Virus record (IMG/VR): IMGVR_UViG_3300025101_000050
Span: 1 to 43,295 of that record
DNA: 43,295 bases
Origin: a virus
Taxonomy: Duplodnaviria > Caudoviricetes
Direction: 5' to 3' (one strand)
The notes under the pieces were generated by a model that searched no databases, had not been told where the DNA came from, and saw nothing but the letters and a program-made list of their open reading frames with translations. The position numbers and the translations under genes are program-made. Of this stretch, positions 1 through 8,383 are shown piece after piece (within the stretch, counting starts at the first letter, position 1; every line of letters begins with the position of its first letter).

Positions 1-50
1 TTATTTTTTCCTGCGAAAAGAATAGGTCCTGTAAAATGTACTCCTGCCAT
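1..50 (-). CDS. 5' part of a virion structural protein gene following the capsid gene (runs off the window)
   Basis: ATG at 50-48 preceded by AGGAG; translates MAGVHFTGPILFAGKN... Confidence 0.7.
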   Translation of the reverse strand, partial: MAGVHFTGPILFAGKN

Positions 51-55
51 TTTTT

Positions 56-128
56 CTCCTAGTTAAAAGATATAGTCCTCTAGGGTGTCTGCCAAGTCAG
101 TCTATATCCAGTTTATATTGTCTTGGTT
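56..128 (-). ncRNA. Structured RNA leader, candidate Mu-gpT-DE-like motif
   Basis: Stem GAUAUAG/CUAUAUC (108-102/75-69), CCAAG/CUUGG pairing (126-122/96-92), CCUAG/CUAGG pairing onto the SD (84-80/62-58); lies downstream of a Mu-gpT-like capsid gene. Confidence 0.5.
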
Positions 129-133
129 ATTTA

Positions 134-161
134 ATTGTACTCTTAATAAAAAAAAAGTAAA
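134..161 (-). promoter_or_regulatory. Putative sigma70 promoter for the post-capsid genes
   Basis: TTTACT-N16-TACAAT just upstream of the structured leader. Confidence 0.4.
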
Positions 162-168
162 TATTGTG

Positions 169-196
169 TTGACATCACATCTAAATGTGATATAAA
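169..196 (+). promoter_or_regulatory. Sigma70 promoter with overlapping ATCACAT-N4-ATGTGAT palindrome
   Basis: TTGACA-N16-TATAAA with TGTG extended -10; same TTG-N13-ATGTGATA layout at 12232-12259 and 23950-23977. Confidence 0.6.
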
Positions 197-217
197 TAAG
201 ATAATAAGGATAAAAAA

Positions 218-286
218 ATGGAAATAGTTTTAATTTATATGATCTTAGGTTTAATTATTTATTTTTGGGAAAGTAAACAAAAATAA
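218..286 (+). CDS. 22-aa single-TM peptide MEIVLIYMILGLIIYFWESKQK
   Basis: AAGGA SD 7 nt before ATG, promoter upstream, terminator downstream, hydrophobic core with basic tail. Confidence 0.55.
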   Translation: MEIVLIYMILGLIIYFWESKQK

Positions 287-313
287 AAAAGGGGACTTTC
301 GTCCCCTTTTTTT
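285..313. terminator. Bidirectional intrinsic terminator after the capsid gene
   Basis: AAAAAAGGGGAC-TTTC-GTCCCCTTTTTTT hairpin with A/T tracts on both sides. Confidence 0.9.
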
Positions 314-330
314 AACGAAGAAAAATAAAT

Positions 331-1242
331 TTAAGCTGCACCAGGCGAGCCAAAAATTCCTCTTGGATCAGAGAACCCAAAAGAATATCTCTCTCTTGCC
401 TTAAACCTAACATTACCAGTATCAAAGTCTCCTTCAATAGCAGTTTTGATAGGACTTCTAACGAATTGTTTCATTCCGTTAGGTGCATCCGTCATAATAA
501 AGAAAGCGTCAGTATCTGTCAAGTAATGATTAACTCTATAACCTTGTGGCATCATTCCCATGGAAGCCATAGCGTTAATATCATTATCAGCAGTACCCAC
601 TCTCTGAGGTGATCTTAAAATTCTCTCAGCAGTGAACTGAAGTTCTTTTGGAATAATCAGTTTAACACCTTGCATCGCAATTTTTAGACCTCTCTCATCA
701 ACAAATGCAGCAATGTCAATTAGAGATTGCTCCAATGAAGTTTCTGATAAATCTGCTGCTGTTGATAATTCGTTTGCGAATGTACCACCAGTAGCGATTG
801 GATGAGCAGTTGAACAAAGTTCTACACCATCACCACCAGCAAAGCTTGAATTAAATGCATTGTTAAGTACATTTGCAGCTTTCACTTGTTTAGTGTTTGC
901 CATAGAACGAGCCAAAGCTCTTGTGTATCTTGCAGCTAATCTATCATAAAGATTATCTTCAATTGCTTCCTCAGTGATAGCAAACGCCATAGCGATTGTT
1001 TCATGAGTGTATCTCGCAGTGAAAGATTCTGTAGCTTGGTCAAAAGTGACTGCACTACCTTCTTCTTTTACTGGAGCACTACCGAAACCACTAAGCATTA
1101 CTTCTTCTTCGAAAGCTCTATCAGATGCTTCAGATGTAAAGATTTCTGCGTGTTCGTTTTCATAACGATTGTATTCTAAGCCAAAGAGAGCATTTAAACC
1201 AGGCTCTAGCTCTTTGACCAGTTGTGATCTTGAAATAGCCAT
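331..1242 (-). CDS. Major capsid protein (Mu-like gpT family)
   Basis: 303 aa, MAISRSQLVKELEPGLNALFGLEY start and KARERYSFGFSDPRG end; last gene of head module, followed by a strong terminator. Confidence 0.9.
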   Translation of the reverse strand: MAISRSQLVKELEPGLNALFGLEYNRYENEHAEIFTSEASDRAFEEEVMLSGFGSAPVKEEGSAVTFDQATESFTARYTHETIAMAFAITEEAIEDNLYDRLAARYTRALARSMANTKQVKAANVLNNAFNSSFAGGDGVELCSTAHPIATGGTFANELSTAADLSETSLEQSLIDIAAFVDERGLKIAMQGVKLIIPKELQFTAERILRSPQRVGTADNDINAMASMGMMPQGYRVNHYLTDTDAFFIMTDAPNGMKQFVRSPIKTAIEGDFDTGNVRFKARERYSFGFSDPRGIFGSPGAA

Positions 1243-1254
1243 ATAATATCTCCC

Positions 1255-1854
1255 TTATACCCCTGTATCCCCAGCAGCAGCTGGTGGATTCAGAAAATGG
1301 TTTTGTATACGAACAATAATGTTTGCGTTTGCAGCACTAGTGTCCTCGTTATTAACATCCTGACATATATCTACAGCTTGCAATGGAATTGCATTCGTAG
1401 AATCTGCAGAGCTCGTATCTAATTGCACTTTAGATATGCCAGTTGTTGTGTTACCAGTTACATTTGTTGTTTTATAACCAATAAACAGACCTGCTCTTGT
1501 AAAAGCGTCATCTGAATCAACTAAAAACAATGTATTTGGATCATCAATTACATTTGCAACAATATCACTGGCAACAATGCTACCAGGATAAAAATTACTA
1601 AATGTGGGTTTCTTCGTGGTTGGATCCGTATAGAAAACACCATTGAAAACTCCTATGGGTTTTACAGCACCACTACTTGCTGTAACATCGTATCTCTCAA
1701 TGTTACCAGCAGCTACTGGAACAACCAAGTCTCCTTGGAAAATTGCTGTACCATAATTGCTTGCAATAGTATACCTATTTTGGGCGTTATTCCACGGAGC
1801 ACCATTGAGCGATTTATAAGGTCTAAGACCAAACTTTTCACTTACATTAGCCAT
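1255..1854 (-). CDS. Head structural/decoration protein
   Basis: 199 aa, small-residue-rich, between scaffold and capsid, AGGAG SD. Confidence 0.6.
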   Translation of the reverse strand: MANVSEKFGLRPYKSLNGAPWNNAQNRYTIASNYGTAIFQGDLVVPVAAGNIERYDVTASSGAVKPIGVFNGVFYTDPTTKKPTFSNFYPGSIVASDIVANVIDDPNTLFLVDSDDAFTRAGLFIGYKTTNVTGNTTTGISKVQLDTSSADSTNAIPLQAVDICQDVNNEDTSAANANIIVRIQNHFLNPPAAAGDTGV

Positions 1855-1924
1855 AATAAGTTTCTCCTTTTAATTAGGCATTAATATTAAACAATTACTT
1901 ACAGAGATGGCTTTAATCAAAAAA

Positions 1925-2395
1925 TTATGATTTACGACCACCACCAAAAGTTACACGAGATTGTCTGTTAATGTTAACAGGCATCTCAGGTCGTTGTTCC
2001 CTTAAAATATCGTTGTCAACGGCTTTTACTTGATCAGCAGTTTTATTTTGAAAATACTGCTTGCGTTGTTCGACTATTTCTTCAGGTATTCTTGCCAACA
2101 CAAGACCACCAACCCCAATTAACCCCTGATACTGTCCCTTTTGGATTACTGGATAATCATGATCACCGAGATTGTTTTTAATTTCTTCAGCTCTCACAAA
2201 TTCCCATCCTTCTCTGAGTTTTTTAGATACATTACCTGTATCTTCTTGACCCATGAATTCAGTTCTTATCCATCTATGTACATATCCTTTAGGTGCAGGA
2301 GGTGCATCTAGACTTGATGGGGGAGTCCAAGGTTTGTTTCTGACGCTTTTTGTTTCACTTGAACTGCGTGAGGTTCTTTTAATAGTTTCATTCAT
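1925..2395 (-). CDS. Conserved head-module hypothetical protein
   Basis: 156 aa, WTPPSSLDAP...HRWIR...REGWE motifs; operon position. Confidence 0.6.
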   Translation of the reverse strand: MNETIKRTSRSSSETKSVRNKPWTPPSSLDAPPAPKGYVHRWIRTEFMGQEDTGNVSKKLREGWEFVRAEEIKNNLGDHDYPVIQKGQYQGLIGVGGLVLARIPEEIVEQRKQYFQNKTADQVKAVDNDILREQRPEMPVNINRQSRVTFGGGRKS

Positions 2396-2399
2396 AGTT

Positions 2400-3356
2400 T
2401 TACTCCTTCACGAATTTTGCGTATTCTTCTAGTGGCACTCCTAATTTTTTGGCTATAGCCACCTGTGATCGAGTGAGTGTCACAGTTTTGCGACCTAACT
2501 GTTTTCTTCCAGCAGAAGCCACAGTTTGAATCGGTTTGTTATCATTAATAAACTTTTGAGGGAAATAACCCCTCATCTGTTTATCTACTTCATTGTAATA
2601 CTCCTCAGACTCAAGGTCAAACCCTTGCTCAACTAAGTCTGCGTGAATACCGAAAGCAGCGTTTGTCATTGCTTTGTCCTGACCAAACCATGTGTTCTTT
2701 GTTGCCCACGCTTGAGCTTTAGGACTAGCTTGTGGTTTTTCAACAGGTTGTTGTTCAGGTTGTTGAATTTTTTGCTCAACAGGTTGTTCTTTTTTTTGCT
2801 CTTCTTCTTGTTTTCTTTGTTCTTGAAGTATTCTTGCTTTTTCTTTTTCAACAGACAACTGAGTTAATTTATCATTTGCCTCCATGATTGCCTTTGAATC
2901 GTTAGCTTCAATAGCAACTTGTAAATTATGTTTTACTTGTTCTCTTTGAGCATCAATCCTAGCATCAAATTCTTTTGCATAATTGTCATCAATTACAGAT
3001 GATCTTTTTTCTACATCAGAATATTTTTTTTGTAAACCTTTCGCATAATCAAGAGCAGCCTTTTCTCTTCTTTCCGATTCTCTAAACTTTCGAGTCAGTT
3101 GGTCAATTCTTTTTTGAACATTCTCAGTGACTTGATTAAGATTTTCTTGTTCAGGTTTTTCTTCTGTTTCGTTATCTGTTTTTTCTTCTTCTTTATCGAC
3201 TACTTTTGATTTAGTGCTTGCTTTTATAGGGTCACTATACCCCAAATCAACTTCACCTATTTCAGGTTTAGTATCTGTTTTTTCTTTTTCTTCGATTGCA
3301 ATATCTGTTTCGTTAACATCATCTGTGTCAAGTTCAACTTTATTGTTTTCAGCCAT
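2400..3356 (-). CDS. Capsid scaffolding protein
   Basis: 318 aa acidic coiled coil with short C-terminal helix (SQVAIAKKLGVPLEEYAK), upstream of capsid. Confidence 0.7.
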   Translation of the reverse strand: MAENNKVELDTDDVNETDIAIEEKEKTDTKPEIGEVDLGYSDPIKASTKSKVVDKEEEKTDNETEEKPEQENLNQVTENVQKRIDQLTRKFRESERREKAALDYAKGLQKKYSDVEKRSSVIDDNYAKEFDARIDAQREQVKHNLQVAIEANDSKAIMEANDKLTQLSVEKEKARILQEQRKQEEEQKKEQPVEQKIQQPEQQPVEKPQASPKAQAWATKNTWFGQDKAMTNAAFGIHADLVEQGFDLESEEYYNEVDKQMRGYFPQKFINDNKPIQTVASAGRKQLGRKTVTLTRSQVAIAKKLGVPLEEYAKFVKE

Positions 3357-3365
3357 AAATTACTC

Positions 3366-3797
3366 CTAGAATAATGCGAGGATGTCCTCTGGTTTGTTAA
3401 TAGTTCCAATGATTTCATCATCGTTCAAAATACGATGTTCACCATATCTTGTTTTAAATCGAGCTCCAGTATATCGTCCATAAACAACAAACTGTCCCTC
3501 TTTACACCAAGGTCCTGTAGGAAATTTATTTTTATCCTTATAACAAAGGTCACCCATCTTTACAACAAAACCAACGACAGTGGTAAGTTGTTGCGTTTCA
3601 AGAGTTTTCTCTGTTAAATAAAGACCACCTTTAGTTTTTTCTTTTGGTTGATAAGGTCTAACTAAAAGTCTATAGCCTACTGGTTTGGGTAATACTTTAA
3701 GATATTGTTCCACTTCTTTTGCACCTTTTGGAACTAAAGGTTCGTCCTCATCATTCGGTGGAACGACAAGTTTTTTTTCAGGTTTGATCAATGTCAT
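3366..3797 (-). CDS. groES: Co-chaperonin GroES (Cpn10)
   Basis: PVGYRLLV...KTKGGLYL...G..V.YGRYTG...ILNDDEIIG matches Cpn10 pattern. Confidence 0.9.
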   Translation of the reverse strand: MTLIKPEKKLVVPPNDEDEPLVPKGAKEVEQYLKVLPKPVGYRLLVRPYQPKEKTKGGLYLTEKTLETQQLTTVVGFVVKMGDLCYKDKNKFPTGPWCKEGQFVVYGRYTGARFKTRYGEHRILNDDEIIGTINKPEDILALF

Positions 3798-3984
3798 CTA
3801 CATCATCCTCTCTATTTTGCAGGTCTTTAAGATCCTGAAGCACAGCTTCTAAAGCTGCGAGCTTGCCCTTAGCATAATGTAGATTGTCTAACTTGTCTAC
3901 ACCATAACAAATATGGTCTTTAGTTTTATCAATTTCTTTTCTAACGTAATGTCTAATTGTTTGTATTGTTTCAATATCAAGCAT
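3778..3984 (-). CDS. Hypothetical protein (68 aa)
   Basis: AGGAG upstream, helical, coupled to groES. Confidence 0.65.
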   Translation of the reverse strand: MLDIETIQTIRHYVRKEIDKTKDHICYGVDKLDNLHYAKGKLAALEAVLQDLKDLQNREDDVDDIDQT

Positions 3985-4099
3985 GTCTTAAATGTGACTT
4001 AGCTCCTAATTTTTTTCTATGCGTAAGTCCATTTTTGTTATACCTTCTTTTTTTTCTTTTTACAAATATTACTTCTACTTTATGAAATTTTTTTACCAT
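3977..4099 (-). CDS. Small basic protein, 40 aa (MVKKFHKVEVIFVKRKKRRYNKNGLTHRKKLGAKSHLRHA)
   Basis: Manually translated; fills gap and overlaps next start; no clear SD. Confidence 0.4.
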   Translation of the reverse strand: MVKKFHKVEVIFVKRKKRRYNKNGLTHRKKLGAKSHLRHA

Positions 4100-4177
4100 A
4101 ATATATTACTGGACTTTTATATCCCATCTTTCTAATTTTTTGTTTTGGAAATCGTTCACCACTACAATCTTTCAAAC

Positions 4178-4459
4178 TTAATATTTTAATCTGTTTCGCC
4201 AATCTCTTTTTTCTCCCCTCGGACTCGCTATTTGTCTTTCGCATACATGATCACTATGTGTTGTAACAACCATAATCTCTTTATCTGTGCATGTGTAAAA
4301 ACATTTTACGGAGTCTTCGCCAAAAAAAGGATCAACTCTTTTTTCTTTTGTTAATCTACAACTTACATGATATTGATTTCTATCGTCATACAATTGACCT
4401 TTACCTGACCATTTGTAATTTTTTGTAAAAGCAGAATCGCAAAAAAATAATGGGAGCAT
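4178..4459 (-). CDS. Cys-containing hypothetical protein, possibly exported (start revised from 4495)
   Basis: GGGAG SD before ATG at 4459; the 4495 start lies inside pqqA. Confidence 0.5.
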   Translation of the reverse strand: MLPLFFCDSAFTKNYKWSGKGQLYDDRNQYHVSCRLTKEKRVDPFFGEDSVKCFYTCTDKEIMVVTTHSDHVCERQIASPRGEKRDWRNRLKY

Positions 4460-4470
4460 AAGAGCTCCCA
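4441..4470 (-). terminator. Intrinsic terminator/stabilising hairpin after pqqA
   Basis: TGGGAGC-TCTTAT-GCTCCCA followed by TTATTTTTTT on the minus strand. Confidence 0.75.
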
Positions 4471-4475
4471 CTAAA

Positions 4476-4550
4476 TTATTTTTCAGCACAGGCATAACTG
4501 TTAATCTCTAGACCAACAGAAATTTCTGTAATTATTGGTTTTGACCACAT
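4476..4550 (-). CDS. pqqA: PQQ precursor peptide PqqA, MWSKPIITEISVGLEINSYACAEK
   Basis: 24 aa with W-x-x-P...E...G-L-E-x-x-x-Y (EINSY) signature; GGGAG SD. Confidence 0.9.
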   Translation of the reverse strand: MWSKPIITEISVGLEINSYACAEK

Positions 4551-4569
4551 AATTATCTCCCTTTGTTAG

Positions 4570-4636
4570 AAGTGCTGGTTGTCATTGTGACCGCAGTCCA
4601 CTTAAAACATTTTAAATTATTTTCTAATCTTGGCAA
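4570..4636 (-). promoter_or_regulatory. pqqA promoter and 5' hairpin leader
   Basis: TTGCCA-N16-TAAAAT (4636-4609) followed by interrupted hairpin AAGTG..CTG..GTCA-CAA-TGAC..CAG-CACTT (4603-4570). Confidence 0.55.
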
Positions 4637-4985
4637 TACCTTTGAGTCCAAAAGATCCTGCTATCGAAGCTAACATGCCATAGGATATCCAATCAGGACA
4701 ATCGTTTTTTAAAAATAAAAACCCTTGTTGCATATAAGGTTGAAGAGCAGGAAAAAATGAAGCAAAAAGAATAAAAATAAAGGTAAGCGTCCAGGCTTCG
4801 TCTTTCCATGAATTGTCTGATGCTCTCATAGCTGACTCATCCCAATTACCATCTTTTTCAATTTTGGTTTTTGTCGCTTCTAATTTAGTTAGCTCAACTT
4901 GACTTTTAAGTTGTGCTTTTTTTTGTTTGCCCTCTATCCATGTTTTTGCCAAACTTGCAACAGGACCTAAAATTGCTGTAAACAT
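4617..4985 (-). CDS. Holin-like membrane protein (3TM holin type)
   Basis: 122 aa, N-terminal amphipathic helix, SWKDE motif, two C-terminal hydrophobic segments, basic tail. Confidence 0.6.
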   Translation of the reverse strand: MFTAILGPVASLAKTWIEGKQKKAQLKSQVELTKLEATKTKIEKDGNWDESAMRASDNSWKDEAWTLTFIFILFASFFPALQPYMQQGFLFLKNDCPDWISYGMLASIAGSFGLKGIAKIRK

Positions 4986-5584
4986 TATATCTCCTTTTGA
5001 TAAATAATTTTATTTTCGCCTTTTTCAGCTTCTTTAAAATTATAAGTCTTTAAGAGCATATCGACAATACCCATCTGTAGGTCTTTATAATCATCAATAA
5101 TAAATATAGCTTTTGAATCTGAACGAGGTATAAAAAAATTTAATTCATCAATAATAACTTTAGTCGTATGAGGTCCGTCAAAGTGCACCACCTTGTACAA
5201 ACCATATAACATTAAATTATTTTCGACATTAAATTGATGTCCATCATACATAGTCTTAAAATAGTAATCATCAGTCATATGATAAAAATCAAACTCAGGA
5301 TAATTTTTGTATAATTCAGAAACAGTTTGTTGTTTCATTTCTTCAGTGTAACCAGCTACAACAATAGCTTTGTCATCATAATGTTGGTAACTCAAATTGT
5401 TGTAAGGATCAATAGCAATATGTTTATATAGCTGTGGTTTGTGTTCACGAACTGCGTCCATGATCACTTTTGATCCCAACCCTTCCCTTAACCCAATTTC
5501 ACAAGTCATAGTAACTTGTTCAATGTCTAAACTTTTTATGTGTTTTGTTATCAGATCGTACTCTGATGAATCACCTTTTATCAC
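4985..5584 (-). CDS. Class I SAM-dependent methyltransferase (Methyltransf_24-like)
   Basis: EIGLREG, IDPY, HFDGPH, IIDD motifs. Confidence 0.8.
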   Translation of the reverse strand: MIKGDSSEYDLITKHIKSLDIEQVTMTCEIGLREGLGSKVIMDAVREHKPQLYKHIAIDPYNNLSYQHYDDKAIVVAGYTEEMKQQTVSELYKNYPEFDFYHMTDDYYFKTMYDGHQFNVENNLMLYGLYKVVHFDGPHTTKVIIDELNFFIPRSDSKAIFIIDDYKDLQMGIVDMLLKTYNFKEAEKGENKIIYQKEI

Positions 5585-6006
5585 TTAATTCCTATAAATT
5601 TTTTGCCTTTAACCTGAATGTCAGATATTCCTTTTATATCACTTTTTATACCATTTTCTCTATGAGGGCAACCTGTTCCACCTTTTTTTAAACCCATAGT
5701 TTCTTTAGTTGAAATACCTGTCTCTTCTTTTTTAGGGTTGTAAGCAACAAAATTCATTTTGTAAGGAGTGGTTCCTTCTTGTTGATAAAAATCACTTTGA
5801 GCCTGATTTATAATATTTTTAAAACGAGCATCTAAGTCTCCTTTGAACATTCCTGTAACAGTTTCTCTAAGAATTGACTTTTTATTTTTATTAAACTGAT
5901 TACCTAAATAATTTACAAACTTTTCACCTTGACTTTGACCTCCTTCTTGCATTCCTTGTGGCTGAGGTCCTTTTTTTGGTGGAGCTCCAAAGCGTTTACC
6001 CTTCAT
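5581..6006 (-). CDS. Hypothetical virion-associated protein
   Basis: 141 aa coupled to portal; GAPPKKGP and KKGG motifs. Confidence 0.6.
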   Translation of the reverse strand: MKGKRFGAPPKKGPQPQGMQEGGQSQGEKFVNYLGNQFNKNKKSILRETVTGMFKGDLDARFKNIINQAQSDFYQQEGTTPYKMNFVAYNPKKEETGISTKETMGLKKGGTGCPHRENGIKSDIKGISDIQVKGKKFIGIK

Positions 6007-8383
6007 TTTTTGGCTCCTGTTCTAATTCTTTAAGAACCTTGGCTCGTGCAACGTCAAGCTTCTCATCAGCAACACGGATTCTTTGTTGTGAGGATACTTC
6101 AGCGTCTTCTCTTTTCATTTTTTCTAAATCTATTTTTTGTTCAAACTCATTTGATTTTCTGTCGCTTTCACTTACAAACTCACCAACTTTTCGTTGCATA
6201 TCCATAGCTTTTAAATCAATCTCTTGTTGTTTTAATTGAATTAATGGGTCTTGTTTATCATCGTCATTGACTTTTTCAAGTTCCTGTAGCTCGACAGTCA
6301 ATGCGGCTACTCTTTCTGCAACCATAGACTCCGTATAAGTTTGATACGCTTCCATATTAACTTTAGCTAGTTCCTGAAACTCAGGCATTTTTTCCATAAT
6401 CTGTAATACCTGACCACGAGCCTTGAACGATAAGTGTTCAGAAATATGAGCTTGTAATAAAGCATAAACCATAGGATTAATTTGTACCATGCGTGTGCGA
6501 ATAAATGCAGAATGAGCCATTATATGAGCATCATGACTTTGTAAAGGAAAGGCTTTTGGTACTTTCATCTGTAAAGCTCTTGCATTTTCAATCGCTGGAT
6601 CTAAAGGTTGTGGTACTTCATCAGGTTTTAACAACGCATCAACCTGTTTTGTACCTAAAGCCTCATAAACTCGTCTATACGCCTCTCGAACATTGTGAAT
6701 TTGAGGATTTGACTGTGCAATCTGTAATTGTGTCTGTGCAAGCGTGACTTTTTGTGCCATAGAAAAAACATTAGGGTCAGCAACAGGTATAACATCAACT
6801 TCATCACCAAAATCAGCAACTTTTACAAAGCGATTACCTCCATAAACAGCATAGGGATACAAAGGTGGTAAATATGTCGAGAAAACTTTGGCTAATAACC
6901 TAAATTCTTGTCTCATAGCATAGTAACAACGCTTATGAATGGCACTCATGACCCTTGAGCCACGTTCCATGAGAGCAATTGTAGTGCCCACGGCTCTATT
7001 TTGTGTATCATTGCCTATTGCCATGTCAGCAATTGACGCAAAACGCTGTCCTGCAGTTACGCAATACTGCAATAAACTAAATAATGTAGCATCTGGACCT
7101 TTAAATGGTAAAAATTGAAACTGATCTTTGATATTTCCACCAGGTGCATCAACATCTCTGAACTCACCAGGTTGAAATGGTTGATCTTCATCCCTAATTC
7201 TTATACCACGAGACTTAAATCCAGCAGGAAGATTGCTTAAAGTTCCTGCATCAAGCAATTGTCTCAACGCTGCAGTGGCAGTTTTACTTAAACCACCTAT
7301 CATATGAATTAAACCAAAGCCATAAAACCCTAAACCTGGTAAAAATTTGAAATGTACAAAATATTCTTTACGTTTATAGGTTTCATCAAAAGGTTGATAG
7401 TTTCTATAGATACTTAAAATCTGTGAAGAGCCTTCATCAACTGTAACAATGTAAGGAACTTTAACATTTTTTGGTGCATCTTCAATTTCATACTCTTCTA
7501 AATCTAAATCAACATGCATTTCTAAAATATTAAATTGATAATCTTTATCTGCTGATGGACTTACACCTTCTATTTCTTGATATTTAGATTCAATTTGGTC
7601 ATCATCCATTTGGGACGGAGCAATTTCTACATCTCTATAAAAACCACTGCGTTGTTTTTTCAACAATTCATTCTCACTCATCTTAATTACATGAGTTATT
7701 CGCTCACAGTCTTTTAAATCGGTAGCGTAATAAGGCACCACTAAATCTTCAGCGTGTACAAATTTACTTACAGGTCTTTGCATAACGTCATCAAAGTAAA
7801 TCTTTTTAAATGCTGAACCTGTCAAGGGTAAATAAAATAATAACTGATCAAAGTCAGGTGTGTATTCTTCCATTTGATCCATGAGCATATAATTCATAAA
7901 CTCTTTTACTCTTTGTGCTTGTTCTTCTCTTTGAAAATTTATTTCTCCAACAACTTGAGTTCTAACAGGACCATCACTTGGTAATAATTCTTTGTAAGCT
8001 TGTGCTTGAAATTGTGTTACAGCTTCTGATAACAACGGATGAGTTACACCACTTGCACCTTTAAAAGGTTGTCCTTCATCATTGTATTTAAATCCTAGTA
8101 AATCTAATCCTGAAGTATAACCTTTTTCCCAATCAGCTCTAGACTCTTTATCTTTTTTGTAATCAGTGACTAATTCATTTGCAATTCGAGACAAAACTGT
8201 CTCATCAAGGTCAGTGGCTACATTCTTATAGAATGTTTCCATAAGTTGATCTTCTAAATTGACCACTTGTTTTGGAACTACCTCTTCATCAGTCTCAACA
8301 ACTTCGACTTCAAGGTCTTGCTTTTCTTCTTCGTTAGCCTCTTCCTGATTTTCTTCAGATTGATTGTTTTTTTCTACAGCCAT
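5996..8383 (-). CDS. Portal protein
   Basis: 795 aa downstream of terL; HPLLSEAVTQFQ, GSAFKK, GFYGFGL motifs, C-terminal coiled coil. Confidence 0.85.
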   Translation of the reverse strand: MAVEKNNQSEENQEEANEEEKQDLEVEVVETDEEVVPKQVVNLEDQLMETFYKNVATDLDETVLSRIANELVTDYKKDKESRADWEKGYTSGLDLLGFKYNDEGQPFKGASGVTHPLLSEAVTQFQAQAYKELLPSDGPVRTQVVGEINFQREEQAQRVKEFMNYMLMDQMEEYTPDFDQLLFYLPLTGSAFKKIYFDDVMQRPVSKFVHAEDLVVPYYATDLKDCERITHVIKMSENELLKKQRSGFYRDVEIAPSQMDDDQIESKYQEIEGVSPSADKDYQFNILEMHVDLDLEEYEIEDAPKNVKVPYIVTVDEGSSQILSIYRNYQPFDETYKRKEYFVHFKFLPGLGFYGFGLIHMIGGLSKTATAALRQLLDAGTLSNLPAGFKSRGIRIRDEDQPFQPGEFRDVDAPGGNIKDQFQFLPFKGPDATLFSLLQYCVTAGQRFASIADMAIGNDTQNRAVGTTIALMERGSRVMSAIHKRCYYAMRQEFRLLAKVFSTYLPPLYPYAVYGGNRFVKVADFGDEVDVIPVADPNVFSMAQKVTLAQTQLQIAQSNPQIHNVREAYRRVYEALGTKQVDALLKPDEVPQPLDPAIENARALQMKVPKAFPLQSHDAHIMAHSAFIRTRMVQINPMVYALLQAHISEHLSFKARGQVLQIMEKMPEFQELAKVNMEAYQTYTESMVAERVAALTVELQELEKVNDDDKQDPLIQLKQQEIDLKAMDMQRKVGEFVSESDRKSNEFEQKIDLEKMKREDAEVSSQQRIRVADEKLDVARAKVLKELEQEPKNEG

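Noticed and set aside
4460-4495. N-terminal extension of the 105-aa ORF, and similar extensions at 12259, 24526, 25534, 25983, 28986
   Set aside because: They overlap pqqA, leaders or upstream genes; downstream ATGs have better SD or coupling
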